From the NCBI GenBank assembly GCA_035516155.1, contig DATJAP010000024.1:30992-94991 (forward strand): a DNA stretch of 64,000 nt. The letters are read 5' to 3'. Below the pieces are notes generated by a model. That model saw nothing but the letters and a program-made list of their open reading frames with translations. It did not search any database and was not told the origin of the DNA. This document shows positions 29,129 through 39,411 of this stretch, piece by piece (within the stretch, counting starts at the first letter, position 1; each line of letters opens with the position of its first letter). This DNA comes from Nitrospirota bacterium. GTDB taxonomy: Bacteria; Nitrospirota; UBA9217. Made by a program: the position numbers and the translations under genes.

Positions 29129-30427
29129 ATGAATCAGATACTTGAAGCGCGAAAAGGCAACAGGACCCCTGAGATGGAAGCCGTGGCAAGGACTGAGGGG
29201 ATCACTGTCGATCTCGTCATGGAAGGCGTGGCAAAAGGCACGATTGTCATCACCCGGAACAACCGGCATACATCCATCACGCCGCTCGGGGTCGGCAAGG
29301 GACTGCGCACGAAAATCAACGCGAATATTGGGACCTCAAAGGACCGGATATCCATTGAAGGCGAGATAGAAAAGCTGAAAGCTGCTGTTGCCGCCGGAGC
29401 GGACGCGGTCATGGACCTCTCGACGGGGGGGCCGATTGTTGGTATTCGCAATGAAATACTGAAGCAGTCCACCGTGTCCATTGGCACCGTCCCGATCTAC
29501 CAGGCTGCAGTCGAAACCGTGGAGCAGGGGAAGTCGATTGTCGAGATGGACCCTGATATGCTGTTCCGCGTGATCGAGGAGCAGGCTGAAGAAGGAGTGG
29601 ATTTCGTTACGGTGCACTGCGGCGTGACCATGGCGAGTGTCGAGCGGCTCAGGAAACAGGGCAGGATCATGGACGTCGTCAGCCGCGGCGGGGCTTTTCA
29701 CCTCGAATGGATCATTTGTAATGAGCGGGAGAATCCGCTGTTCACGCAGTATGACCGCCTCGTCGAGATCGCGAAGAAATACGATGTTACCCTGTCGCTC
29801 GGCGACGGCATGCGGCCGGGGTGCCTGGCTGACGCCACGGACCGGGCTCAAATCGAGGAGCTTATCACCTTGGGCGAACTCCGGGACCGTGCCCATGAAG
29901 CGGGGGTGCAGGTCATGATCGAAGGCCCCGGCCATGTGCCGATCAACCAGGTCGAAACGAATATGAAAATCCAGAAAGAGCTTTGCAAGGGCGCGCCGTT
30001 CTACGTGCTGGGGCCGCTCGTGACCGACGTGGCACCGGGATATGATCATATCACCTCGGCCATTGGCGGCGCTATAGCCGGTGCCGCGGGGGCCGACTTC
30101 CTCTGCTATGTAACGCCCTCGGAACATCTTCGGCTGCCGGACCTGGACGACGTGCGCGACGGGGTGATCGCCTCGCGTATCGCCGCACATGCCGCTGACA
30201 TCGCGAAAGGCGTCAAAGGCTCCATGGACTGGGACAACGAAATGGCGCGGCGACGCAAGGCGCTGGACTGGAAAGGACAGATCGAGCTTTCGCTGGATCC
30301 GGTCAAGGCCCGGCGGCTACGCGAATCGAGCATGCCGAAAGAATCCGATGTCTGCACCATGTGCGGCGAATTCTGCTCCATGAAGGGCGTGAGCAAATAC
30401 TTAAAAAAGGATGAGGCCAGGCGATAG
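29129..30427 (+). CDS. thiC: phosphomethylpyrimidine synthase
   Basis: ThiC radical-SAM-like core, C-terminal CTMCGEFCSMK motif; ATG 29129 with GAGGTG SD. Confidence 0.9.
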   Translation: MNQILEARKGNRTPEMEAVARTEGITVDLVMEGVAKGTIVITRNNRHTSITPLGVGKGLRTKINANIGTSKDRISIEGEIEKLKAAVAAGADAVMDLSTGGPIVGIRNEILKQSTVSIGTVPIYQAAVETVEQGKSIVEMDPDMLFRVIEEQAEEGVDFVTVHCGVTMASVERLRKQGRIMDVVSRGGAFHLEWIICNERENPLFTQYDRLVEIAKKYDVTLSLGDGMRPGCLADATDRAQIEELITLGELRDRAHEAGVQVMIEGPGHVPINQVETNMKIQKELCKGAPFYVLGPLVTDVAPGYDHITSAIGGAIAGAAGADFLCYVTPSEHLRLPDLDDVRDGVIASRIAAHAADIAKGVKGSMDWDNEMARRRKALDWKGQIELSLDPVKARRLRESSMPKESDVCTMCGEFCSMKGVSKYLKKDEARR

Positions 30428-30468
30428 TCGCGCCGGAAAAAATTTTTTTAAATTGGCCGAGGCAGATT

Positions 30469-31320
30469 ATGAAAAAAACTTTTGTAGTTCTTGTCACCCT
30501 GTTTGCAGCTGCGTTTTGCGGTCTCTCCACCGTTGGTGCGGCCCCGAATCCCAGGGTCATTCTTTCTCCAAAAAAAGCAGGTCCTGGAGATTTGCTGCTC
30601 ATCACCGTAAAAAATGCAGGCGGTTCTGTTGAGGGGACGTTCGCGGGCCGGCGCCTCTATTTCAATCCTGCAGGAAGGGCGATGAAGGCGGTCGTCGGCG
30701 TTGACTTGAACAGTGAGCCGGGGATATATCCGCTTGAACTCTCGTTCAACGGGACGAGGCATACCAGCAAAGTCAGAATCTTCAAAAAGAAATATCCGCT
30801 TCAACGTTTGACATTGCCCGAAGACAAGGTCACCCTTTCGCCGGAGAATGAGGCAAGGACCGAGCGGGAGGAAAAAAAGTTGGCCGAGATCTGGCCAGTG
30901 GAATCCCTGCGCCTGTGGAATGGAAATTTCCGGGATCCGCTGCCCGGAAAAGAGGTCACGACACTGTTCGGCGTGCGCAGGATCATCAATCATATTCCCA
31001 AAAGCTCCCATACCGGAGTGGACCTTGCCGCTGAAGAAGGCGATCCGGTCCGTGCGCCGAACGACGGAGTCGTTGTACTGGCGGAGGACCTGTTTTATTC
31101 CGGCAACAGCCTGATACTCGATCACGGCCAGGGAATATACACCATGTTCTTTCACCTTTCAAAAATGAACGTTCGATACGGACAGGCGGTTAGGAAAGGC
31201 GATATCATTGGCCTCGTCGGCGCGACCGGGAGGGTTACAGGTGCCTGTCTGCACTGGGGTGCGCGGGTCCAAGGCGCACGAGTAGATCCGCTGGAATTGA
31301 TCCGATTGAAACTCGAATAA
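30469..31320 (+). CDS. M23 family metallopeptidase (LytM-like), secreted
   Basis: signal peptide, HTGVDLAAEEGDPV (HxxxD) and LHWGARV (HxH) motifs. Confidence 0.85.
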   Translation: MKKTFVVLVTLFAAAFCGLSTVGAAPNPRVILSPKKAGPGDLLLITVKNAGGSVEGTFAGRRLYFNPAGRAMKAVVGVDLNSEPGIYPLELSFNGTRHTSKVRIFKKKYPLQRLTLPEDKVTLSPENEARTEREEKKLAEIWPVESLRLWNGNFRDPLPGKEVTTLFGVRRIINHIPKSSHTGVDLAAEEGDPVRAPNDGVVVLAEDLFYSGNSLILDHGQGIYTMFFHLSKMNVRYGQAVRKGDIIGLVGATGRVTGACLHWGARVQGARVDPLELIRLKLE

Positions 31321-31381
31321 ACAATCGGGAGAAATACGCACTGCTTACGATCTACTGATTTTTCTCCTCCTGAATGCTCAC

Positions 31382-32149
31382 ATGAAAAAACTCCTCTCCA
31401 TAGCCGGTTCCGATCCTTCCTCGGGTGCCGGGATCCAGGTTGATTTAAAAACCTTTCAGGCCCTCGGCGTCTTCGGGATGGCCATCCCTGCAGCACTCAC
31501 AGTCCAGAACAGCGAGGGGGTCTTCCGCGTTGAACCGCTCCCAGGTCGATTGCTTTCAAGTCAACTCGATGCATTGCTTTCGGACATCAAGCCCGATGCC
31601 ATTAAAACAGGGATGCTTCTGACAAGACAGAACGTGGATGCCGTGGCAAAGACCGTCAAAAAGTTCAGGGTCCGGAATCTGGTCATCGATCCCGTGCTTC
31701 GTTCGAGTTCCGGCAAAATGCTGATGCAGCTCGATGCAATTGAGGCGCTCAGGAAAAAACTCATTCCCCTGGCTCGGGTAGTAACACCCAATGTTCCTGA
31801 GGCAGAAGCTCTTTCAGGAATGTCGATCAGATCGGATCAGGATATGGATTTCGCAGCCGGCAAAATCCTTGACAGTGGGCCGTCGTATGTGTTGATAAAG
31901 GGGGGGCACAGGCGAGGCCCCGCGACTGACACCCTCTATGGCGGCAAAACGGTGCTCACCTTTTCCACATCGCGGCGGAAAGGCGAGTTTCACGGCACCG
32001 GCTGCGTACTTTCATCGGCCCTGGCGGTGTTTATAGCAGTGGGATTCCCTGTGGAAAAGGCTGTGGAAAAAGCAAAACTGTTTGTGGATAAGCTGTTGAG
32101 GACCGCGAAACCGGTTGGAGAGAGCCGGGCGAGGTACTTTCATTTTTAA
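31382..32149 (+). CDS. thiD: hydroxymethylpyrimidine/phosphomethylpyrimidine kinase
   Basis: ThiD ribokinase-like family, GSDPSSGAGIQ motif. Confidence 0.9.
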   Translation: MKKLLSIAGSDPSSGAGIQVDLKTFQALGVFGMAIPAALTVQNSEGVFRVEPLPGRLLSSQLDALLSDIKPDAIKTGMLLTRQNVDAVAKTVKKFRVRNLVIDPVLRSSSGKMLMQLDAIEALRKKLIPLARVVTPNVPEAEALSGMSIRSDQDMDFAAGKILDSGPSYVLIKGGHRRGPATDTLYGGKTVLTFSTSRRKGEFHGTGCVLSSALAVFIAVGFPVEKAVEKAKLFVDKLLRTAKPVGESRARYFHF

Positions 32150-32260
32150 CGGTTCGGGATGAGTTGTTGGACCGAGCGGGCTGGAGTATAGACTACACTA
32201 GCGTACCTCGAAATCGATCCAAGAACACTTGTGCAATTGCATTTTTTCATGGGAGGCTGC

Positions 32261-32968
32261 ATGCGTATTGACAAAAGGAAAGCAGATGAACTCCGTAGGG
32301 TAAAGATAACTAGGAACTACATCAAGGCGGCGGAAGGCTCGGTGCTGATCGAGATGGGCGACACCAAGGTTATCTGTACGGCCACGGTCGAGAACGCCGT
32401 CCCTCCCTTTCTCAAGGGGAAGGGCACGGGTTGGGTGACGGCGGAATATGCCATGCTGCCGCGTTCTTCGTCCCAGCGGATTCAGCGCGAGCGCAGCAAG
32501 GTCGGCGGCCGGACGCATGAAATACAGCGCCTGATTGGCCGCGCTTTGCGGTCGGTCGTGGCCATGCATGCTCTTGGGGAGCGGACTGTGCTGATCGACT
32601 GTGACGTGATCCAGGCAGACGGGGGGACGCGCACTGCGTCGATCACGGGAGCCTATGTAGCGCTTGTGGATGCGCTTCGCTTTGTGAAAAGGCAGAAGCT
32701 GATTGAGGAGATGCCCGTGAAAGACCATCTGGCTGCCGTGAGCGTGGGAATCGTCGACGGCAAGCCGCTGCTCGATCTTTGTTACACTGAGGATTCTTCG
32801 GCCGAGGTGGACATGAATCTGGTCATGACCGGTAGCGGAAAGATCGTCGAGGTGCAGGGCACGGCTGAAGGCGAGCCGTTCACAAAATCGGAATTTGCCA
32901 AACTGCTCTCCCTCGGAGAGAAGGGGATCAACGCGCTGATCAGGAAACAGAAGGAAGTTCTTAAATGA
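32261..32968 (+). CDS. rph: ribonuclease PH
   Basis: RNase PH N-terminus [20 protein letters not shown] before ATG 32261. Confidence 0.9.
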   Translation: MRIDKRKADELRRVKITRNYIKAAEGSVLIEMGDTKVICTATVENAVPPFLKGKGTGWVTAEYAMLPRSSSQRIQRERSKVGGRTHEIQRLIGRALRSVVAMHALGERTVLIDCDVIQADGGTRTASITGAYVALVDALRFVKRQKLIEEMPVKDHLAAVSVGIVDGKPLLDLCYTEDSSAEVDMNLVMTGSGKIVEVQGTAEGEPFTKSEFAKLLSLGEKGINALIRKQKEVLK

Positions 32969-33023
32969 CTTCTTTCCCGACGTTACTTTTTATCGTCTTG
33001 TAGGACGAGAGGGATGACACGAC

Positions 33024-33269
33024 TCAGTTGTTCGCCATGGTCTTTGCGTCCCGTTTCCGTGGCAGACCGTCCTGTTCGGCATATTCGCAGCAATGACTGC
33101 CAACCATCTTCTTGCGGTCTTTGCCGAAACGTATCTCTCGAATGTACTTCCGCTTATCCATGACAATATCGCGCGCTCTTCCATTCATCTTCTTCGGCCT
33201 CTGGACACAGAAAACCCGTCCCTGGTTCAGCTCATCAGATAAAACATAAGTTCTGTTTTTTCTTGACAA
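33024..33269 (-). CDS. possible small basic protein (doubtful)
   Basis: 81-codon frame (TTG start) or shorter from internal ATGs; no family recognised, weak SD. Confidence 0.15.
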   Translation of the reverse strand: MSRKNRTYVLSDELNQGRVFCVQRPKKMNGRARDIVMDKRKYIREIRFGKDRKKMVGSHCCEYAEQDGLPRKRDAKTMANN

Positions 33270-33368
33270 AACTGCACTCTCAGCTTTAATATTAAACAGC
33301 TGTTTTAAAATAAAAGAGTATTACTGTATACGCAAGGTTTCGATTTCCTTATATTATTCGGATTTGCG

Positions 33369-33778
33369 GTGTTCACAGCAACTGCGGCAATGACCCAGTA
33401 CGCGGATATCGATTCAGGCCAATTAAAATCATGTACGGGGAAGAAAAAGGCCGTGCTTGTCGGCTCGAGAACATATGTGGAGTATCTTCAGGCTCACATC
33501 CCCGGGGCCATAAGCATTCCCACGGATAAAATGAAGATGAATCAGGCAAAGCTGCCCAAGGATAAATCAACACCGGTCATCTGTTAATGCAAGGAACTTG
33601 GCTGCACATTGAGCCGCATGGACGCGCGGATGCGGTCGTTGAAATGGATTATCCCTATCTCTTGATTTATCAAGCGGGCATGCCTGACTGGTTATTGCAG
33701 GCAATCCGGTGCAAAAGGGCGATAGTCCGGGCAAACTCAAGTAGTAATCACTCGATTGGCGGGGGAGCAGAGGAATGA
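33369..33778 (+). pseudogene. rhodanese-like sulfurtransferase split into two frames (TAATG stop-start overlap)
   Basis: first piece (72 aa) has a rhodanese N-terminal half ending ...PVIC at the expected catalytic Cys; second piece in another frame carries a YQAGMPDW segment resembling the rhodanese C-terminal GGxxAW region. Confidence 0.4.
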
Positions 33779-34572
33779 AAAGAGAAAAAACAAATTACAC
33801 GATTCAGTCCGTTTCGCATGCCTTCGATGTTCTGGAGTCTTTTACCCGGACAGAGGATGAACTCGGTGTAACAGAGCTCTCAAAGCGGCTGGGCCTTCAC
33901 AAGAACAATGTGTTCCGTCTCCTGGCCACGCTCGAACACCGGGGCTACATCGAACAGAATAAGGCAACGGAGAACTACCGCCTCGGCCCAAAGACGCTCC
34001 AGCTCGGATCGATTTTCATTGAGCAGCGCGAATGCCGCCGCCAGGCCCGTCCCATTCTCGAAAACCTCGCGTCCGCATCTGGCGAGACGACTGTTGTCGC
34101 CGTACTTCGGGGGAACAAGGTCATCTACATGGACAGTGTGGAAACGGACCGCACTGTCCGCGCTGTATCGCGCATCGGCGCGATTTACCCAGCCCATTGC
34201 ACGGCCGTAGGAAAGGCTCAGCTCGCGCATTTATCACTGGCCGATATTGAGGGGTTATATCCCGAGCAAACGCTCACGACGCTTACTGATAAGAGCATCA
34301 AGACCCTGGGCGGCCTCGCAGCGGAGCTGAAAAAAATCGCTGAAAAAGGATATGCCGTCGAAAACGAGGAGGCCGAGGCCGATGTGCGGGGGATAGCCGT
34401 TGCTGTCAGGGATTTTTCGAAAAAAGCTGTCGCCGCCATAGGTATTGTGGCTCCGGCCAGCAGGTTGACCGATGAACGGATGGACAAAGACGGCATCTAC
34501 AACCTGATTCGCGAGTCCGGACGGGAGCTCTCGATGCATCTTGGTTACATCTCGCAGCCGACAAAAAAATAA
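33775..34572 (+). CDS. IclR family transcriptional regulator
   Basis: N-terminal IclR HTH, C-terminal IclR effector domain, 265 aa. Confidence 0.85.
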   Translation: MKREKTNYTIQSVSHAFDVLESFTRTEDELGVTELSKRLGLHKNNVFRLLATLEHRGYIEQNKATENYRLGPKTLQLGSIFIEQRECRRQARPILENLASASGETTVVAVLRGNKVIYMDSVETDRTVRAVSRIGAIYPAHCTAVGKAQLAHLSLADIEGLYPEQTLTTLTDKSIKTLGGLAAELKKIAEKGYAVENEEAEADVRGIAVAVRDFSKKAVAAIGIVAPASRLTDERMDKDGIYNLIRESGRELSMHLGYISQPTKK

Positions 34573-34662
34573 TGTCCTTTTCTTTTCCCCGGAAGCGGGA
34601 TAAGGAGCTGAGGATGCAGTAGTTTATTGACGCGAAGTTCCCCCTGTGTTATTATCGCTAAG

Positions 34663-35490
34663 ATGGTGATTGAACGAAAATGGGCTCACCTCAAGGCTCT
34701 GCTCCATGACATGCAGTCTGCGGTGCTCGCTTATTCCGGCGGTGTGGACAGCTCGCTTCTGCTCAGGGCAGCAAGCGAAGTCATGGGCAGCCATCTGATC
34801 GCGGTTACCGCCGTTTCCGCAACCTATCCTGCCGGTGAACTGTCTGCCGCAGAGGAGTTCGCCCGTTCACAGGGTGTGATGCACCGGGTTCTCCACACCG
34901 AGGAACTGGACTCCGAATCCTTTGTCCGCAATAATCGGGACCGGTGTTACCACTGCAAAAAGGAACTCTTCGAAAAACTCAGGCAGATGGCCGAGTCGGA
35001 AGATATTTCCGCAGTTATCGAGGGGTCGAACACGGACGATCTGAGGGATTATCGCCCCGGCAGGAAAGCCGCGCAGGAATTCTCCGTCCGCAGTCCGCTC
35101 GTGGAGGCGGGAATCTCTAAAGCTGAAGTCCGTGAACTGGCCCGCACCCTGAACCTGGCCGTGTGGGACAAACCGTCCCTAGCCTGCCTCTCTTCCCGTA
35201 TTCCCTACGGAACGAGGATCACCCCTGAGATCCTTGAGAAAATCCAGTCCGCCGAGGATCAGATGCGCGTCTTCGGATTTCGGCAGGTGCGCGTACGGCA
35301 TCACGGCAAAATAGCCAGAATTGAGCTCTCCTTTGCCGATTTCGGCCTGTTGCTGAAGGACGAGATGGCCGCATGGGTTACCGCAGCTCTCAAAAAACTG
35401 GGATATACCTATGTCTGTCTGGATCTCGAGGGATACCGGACAGGAAGTATGAATGAAGGAATGAATAAGGAAGTAGAGAGTAGGCCGTAA
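34663..35490 (+). CDS. LarE-like PP-loop ATP pyrophosphatase (TIGR00268 family)
   Basis: SGGVDSS PP-loop, conserved Cys region, LarE-like length; start chosen at MVIERKW. Confidence 0.75.
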   Translation: MVIERKWAHLKALLHDMQSAVLAYSGGVDSSLLLRAASEVMGSHLIAVTAVSATYPAGELSAAEEFARSQGVMHRVLHTEELDSESFVRNNRDRCYHCKKELFEKLRQMAESEDISAVIEGSNTDDLRDYRPGRKAAQEFSVRSPLVEAGISKAEVRELARTLNLAVWDKPSLACLSSRIPYGTRITPEILEKIQSAEDQMRVFGFRQVRVRHHGKIARIELSFADFGLLLKDEMAAWVTAALKKLGYTYVCLDLEGYRTGSMNEGMNKEVESRP

Positions 35491-35616
35491 ACGGCAGGGA
35501 GTGGCTGGTCTTTGAGAGGACGCCATATACTCTCGACAAGGAAACGGGGGACAGCATTGGAAAACGGTGTTCCCCTCAAAATTCTGGGATCTCTACTGCT
35601 TCTTTAAGGGGGACAA

Positions 35617-36894
35617 ATGAAGGTACTGGTAGTCGGCAGCGGCGGCAGGGAGCATGCGCTTGTCTGGAAAATATCGCAGAGCCCGAAGGTCTCGGCTATT
35701 TATGCCGCTCCAGGCAATGCGGGTATAGGGCAGCTTGCAGACTGTGCGTCCATCAAGGCTGATGACATCCCGGGACTGCTTGCCTTTGCAAAGTCAAAAG
35801 CCGTCGATTTGACCATCGTTGGTCCAGAAGGGCCGCTCTCTATGGGCATCGTGGATGAATTCGAAAAGGCAGGCCTGCGCGCCTTCGGCCCAAGCGGGAA
35901 AGCGGCTGAAATCGAGGCGAGCAAACGCTTTTCCAAGGACCTGATGAAGAAATACAACATCCCCACGGCTGAATACGGCGTCTTTACCAACAAGGCCGCT
36001 GCGGAGGCCTATGTCTGTGAGAAGGGCGCTCCGCTTGTGGTGACGGCGGACGGCTTGGCCGCCGGCAAGGGAGTGGTCGTCGCCGAAACGACTGAGGAGG
36101 CGCTTAGGGCCCTGGACCTGATCATGGATAACAAGGCCTTCGGCGCAGCCGGAGACCGCGTGGTGATTGAAGAATGTCTCAGGGGGGAAGAAGCCTCGTT
36201 CATGGCCTTCTCCGACGGCAGGACTGTGGTGCCGATGGCGTCTTCGCAGGATCACAAGCGAGTGTTCGATGCGGACAAGGGGCCGAATACGGGAGGCATG
36301 GGCGCTTATTCGCCTGCGCCGGTCGTTACAAAAAAGCTGGAGCGGAAGGTCATGGATGCGATCATGATCCCCACAGTGAGGGCCATGGAAAAAGAAGGGC
36401 GACTGTTCAAGGGCGTGCTCTACGCAGGGCTCATGATAAGCGACGGAGAGGCTAGGGTGCTTGAGTTCAACGCACGGTTCGGCGATCCCGAGACGCAGCC
36501 AATCATGGCTCGCCTGGATACAGACCTCATCGAGATCATTGAAGCAATCCTCAACGGATCCCTGGCGAAGATCGACATTAAATGGAAGCCCGACTCCGCG
36601 GTCTGCGTGGTGATGGCCTCGGGTGGCTATCCCGGGAACTATGAGAAGGGCAAGGTCATATCCGGCCTCGAGAACGCCGCAAAACAAAAGGGCGTCGTGG
36701 TCTTTCACGCCGGCACTGCGCTGAAAAACGGGGCCATCGTGTCAGACGGCGGCCGCGTGCTCGGCGTAACGGGCCTCGGCCCTGTTGTTGCGGCGGCCAT
36801 CGATAACGCCTACGCAGGTGTCCGGGAAATTTCCTTTGAAGGCATGCACTACCGTAGGGACATCGGCGCGCGAGCGCTCGAGACGGGGAGCTGA
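35617..36894 (+). CDS. purD: phosphoribosylamine--glycine ligase
   Basis: PurD ATP-grasp, N-terminus MKVLVVGSGGREHAL. Confidence 0.9.
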   Translation: MKVLVVGSGGREHALVWKISQSPKVSAIYAAPGNAGIGQLADCASIKADDIPGLLAFAKSKAVDLTIVGPEGPLSMGIVDEFEKAGLRAFGPSGKAAEIEASKRFSKDLMKKYNIPTAEYGVFTNKAAAEAYVCEKGAPLVVTADGLAAGKGVVVAETTEEALRALDLIMDNKAFGAAGDRVVIEECLRGEEASFMAFSDGRTVVPMASSQDHKRVFDADKGPNTGGMGAYSPAPVVTKKLERKVMDAIMIPTVRAMEKEGRLFKGVLYAGLMISDGEARVLEFNARFGDPETQPIMARLDTDLIEIIEAILNGSLAKIDIKWKPDSAVCVVMASGGYPGNYEKGKVISGLENAAKQKGVVVFHAGTALKNGAIVSDGGRVLGVTGLGPVVAAAIDNAYAGVREISFEGMHYRRDIGARALETGS

Positions 36895-37110
36895 CAAGGT
36901 CATGACATGAATAAGCAACCGTGCAGCAAAGAATGCAAAGATGACCTTGACGTTTAGATTCAAAAGCATATTAATACAAACTGCAGAAGATTCAACGCGA
37001 AGGCGCAAAGGAAACCGTTCATGCTGAGCTTCAACCCGGTAGCATTTTGAGTTAGCCCCTGGCCTTCTTAGTTCGATGTCTTATGCCCGGAATATGAGGC
37101 TGACTGGATC

Positions 37111-37887
37111 ATGGGATCATCCATGCCGAAAGCAACGATAAAAAACATCGCCGGTTTTCTGAACAAAACGCTGAGGGTCGGAAAAATCAAAGATGCCTCG
37201 AAGAACGGCCTGCAAGTGCGGTCCCCTAAAAATGGCGAAATCGGCGCGGTCGGTTTTGCGGTGGATGCATGCATTGCCACCTTTGAAAAGGCGCGGAAAC
37301 TCGGCGTCGATCTCCTCGTTGTTCACCACGGAATCAAGTGGGTTCCGCAGAAGGACCGGGAGCTGGCGGCGCTGAGAGAAGCCTGTTTGAAAGAAAACAA
37401 CATGGCCCTCTACGCTGCCCATCTTCCCCTCGATTTGCATGAGGAATACGGGAACAATATGCAGCTTGCCCGGCTTCTGGGTCTCGGTCGTCTGAACAAG
37501 TTCGGCAGATACCACGGCATCAAAATCGGCTATGCCGGGACGTTCGGATCAGCGGTGAAACTCGCCGACGTTGCGGCGCAGATCGGGAAACAGTTGCGAT
37601 CGACGTGCCTCGTTTTCCCTTTCGGGAAAGAGAGGATAAGATCAATCGGCATTGTCTCGGGTGGAGGCGGCAGCATACTGCCTGACGCCGTACGGGAAAA
37701 GCTCGATTGTTTTCTGGTCGGCGAGGCCGATTTGGCCTTGTTCAACGCGGCAAAGGACCAGCGGATGAATGTTATTGCTGCGGGCCACTATGCCACGGAG
37801 ACCGTCGGGGTAAAAGCCCTGGCGTCTCTGATAAACAAAGTATTCGGTGTAAAAACGGTTTTTATCGAAGATACAAAGGATTTGTAG
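37111..37887 (+). CDS. Nif3-like dinuclear metal centre protein (YqfO family)
   Basis: NIF3 family length and conserved His/Glu metal ligands. Confidence 0.8.
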   Translation: MGSSMPKATIKNIAGFLNKTLRVGKIKDASKNGLQVRSPKNGEIGAVGFAVDACIATFEKARKLGVDLLVVHHGIKWVPQKDRELAALREACLKENNMALYAAHLPLDLHEEYGNNMQLARLLGLGRLNKFGRYHGIKIGYAGTFGSAVKLADVAAQIGKQLRSTCLVFPFGKERIRSIGIVSGGGGSILPDAVREKLDCFLVGEADLALFNAAKDQRMNVIAAGHYATETVGVKALASLINKVFGVKTVFIEDTKDL

Positions 37888-37933
37888 CGATACCCTGTTT
37901 TTATTTCACTAACTTTTCAAGAAGGGAGTTCTC

Positions 37934-38557
37934 ATGAGCAAACCAGTTGTTGGAATCCTGATGGGAAGTGATTCCGATCTGCCGGTGATGCAGGAGGCCG
38001 CAGCCATGCTCCAGGAATTCGGGATTGAATACGAGATGACTATCGCCTCGGCCCACCGGACTCCGAAAAAGGTGCTCGAATACGGCCAGACTGCGGACAG
38101 GCGCGGTATCAAGGTGATCATTACGGGTGCGGGATGGGCGGCTCATTTGGCGGGTGTGGTCGCATCGCAAACCATCCTGCCGGTGATCGGCGTGCCGATC
38201 GATTCGTCTCCTCTCAAGGGGCTCGATGCGCTTCTAGCCACGGTGCAGATGCCAGGCGGGGTTCCGGTGGCCACCATGGCTCTTGGCAAGGCCGGTGCGA
38301 AGAACGCCGGAATCTTTGCGGCTCAAATCATCGCGGCCTCCGACGTGAAAATTGCGAACCGGCTTAAAGTCCAACGGGTCGAGATGGAACGGGAGGTTGA
38401 GGAGAAGGCAAAGCGTCTTGCGGTGATGAGCTCAGGTCCGGCTGTTTCAGAGCCGATTACGGTTGAAGCGGTGATGCCGGCCAAGAAAAAATCGCGGCGC
38501 AGGCGGTGGAAGAAAAAAACAGGCAGCACTCCGCCCGCGCATGGACCTGTGGCGTGA
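37934..38557 (+). CDS. purE: 5-(carboxyamino)imidazole ribonucleotide mutase with Lys/Arg-rich C-terminal tail
   Basis: PurE core GSDSDLPVM...AHRTP...GAGWAAHL; about 40 extra C-terminal residues including [12 protein letters not shown]. Confidence 0.85.
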   Translation: MSKPVVGILMGSDSDLPVMQEAAAMLQEFGIEYEMTIASAHRTPKKVLEYGQTADRRGIKVIITGAGWAAHLAGVVASQTILPVIGVPIDSSPLKGLDALLATVQMPGGVPVATMALGKAGAKNAGIFAAQIIAASDVKIANRLKVQRVEMEREVEEKAKRLAVMSSGPAVSEPITVEAVMPAKKKSRRRRWKKKTGSTPPAHGPVA

Positions 38558-39411
38558 AGACGGAGCTCGCGTGTCTGCCCTGCTTCTTCGGCCAGGTCTC
38601 GCGCACGCTCGCCTACGCGGGCGTGAACGGAGAGCTGAGCCGGAGCATCAGGCGGAGGGCGGAAGCGATCATCGCGGCATCATCGCTCGACGAGGTGCCT
38701 GCCCGGACCACGACAGTTCTACACCGGATGCTGCGCAAGGAAATGGGTGTCGATCCATACTGCTCCGTCAAGGCAGCCTATAACCGCATCGCACTCGAAC
38801 GACTGCCGGCTTTGCGGCGAATGGCGGCCGCAAGCGGCGACCGCCTTGAAGGAAGCGTCCGGGTCGCAATCGCCGGGAATGTGATCGATTTCGGCATCTA
38901 TGAATCGATAGACTTGGACCGCTCGATCGAAGAGTCGTTCCGGCTTCCGCTCGTCTCCGAGTTTTACCGCGCCTTTGCCGAGAGGGTTTCCGCAGCGCGG
39001 CGCATTCTCTATCTCTGCGACAATGCCGGGGAGATCGTATTCGACCGAGTGCTGCTAGAAACCCTTCGTGACATGGGCAAGGAGGTGACCGCCGCGGTCA
39101 AGGGCTCGCCGGTCATTAATGACGCCACGCGCGAGGATGCCCGCGCCGCCGGGCTTCAGGATAGCGCAAAGGTGATCGAAAACGGAAGCGATGGCATTGG
39201 AACGCTGCTGGAGACCTGTTCGGAAGAGTTTCTCGACCGCTATCGCAGCGCGGACCTGGTCATCAGCAAGGGCCAGGCGAATTATGAAACACTGGTTCAG
39301 GAAAAGGATAAGCGGCTCTTTTTTCTGTTCAAAGTCAAGTGCCCGGTTGTTGCAGCGTTCCTGCAGAAGCCCGATGGCGACATCGTATTGACATGCGGGA
39401 ACGATGCATAA
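38554..39411 (+). CDS. DUF89 (ARMT1-like) damage-control phosphatase family protein
   Basis: C-terminal KGQANYE motif typical of DUF89; GTG start overlapping purE TGA (GTGA); track ORF begins at ATG 38506. Confidence 0.7.
   Translation: MKTELACLPCFFGQVSRTLAYAGVNGELSRSIRRRAEAIIAASSLDEVPARTTTVLHRMLRKEMGVDPYCSVKAAYNRIALERLPALRRMAAASGDRLEGSVRVAIAGNVIDFGIYESIDLDRSIEESFRLPLVSEFYRAFAERVSAARRILYLCDNAGEIVFDRVLLETLRDMGKEVTAAVKGSPVINDATREDARAAGLQDSAKVIENGSDGIGTLLETCSEEFLDRYRSADLVISKGQANYETLVQEKDKRLFFLFKVKCPVVAAFLQKPDGDIVLTCGNDA

Noticed and set aside
29336-30190. 284-codon antisense ORF within thiC
   Set aside because: Opposite a highly conserved ThiC core; no independent support.
35794-36708. 304-codon antisense ORF within purD
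   Set aside because: Embedded in a confidently identified gene; His/Arg-rich artefactual frame.
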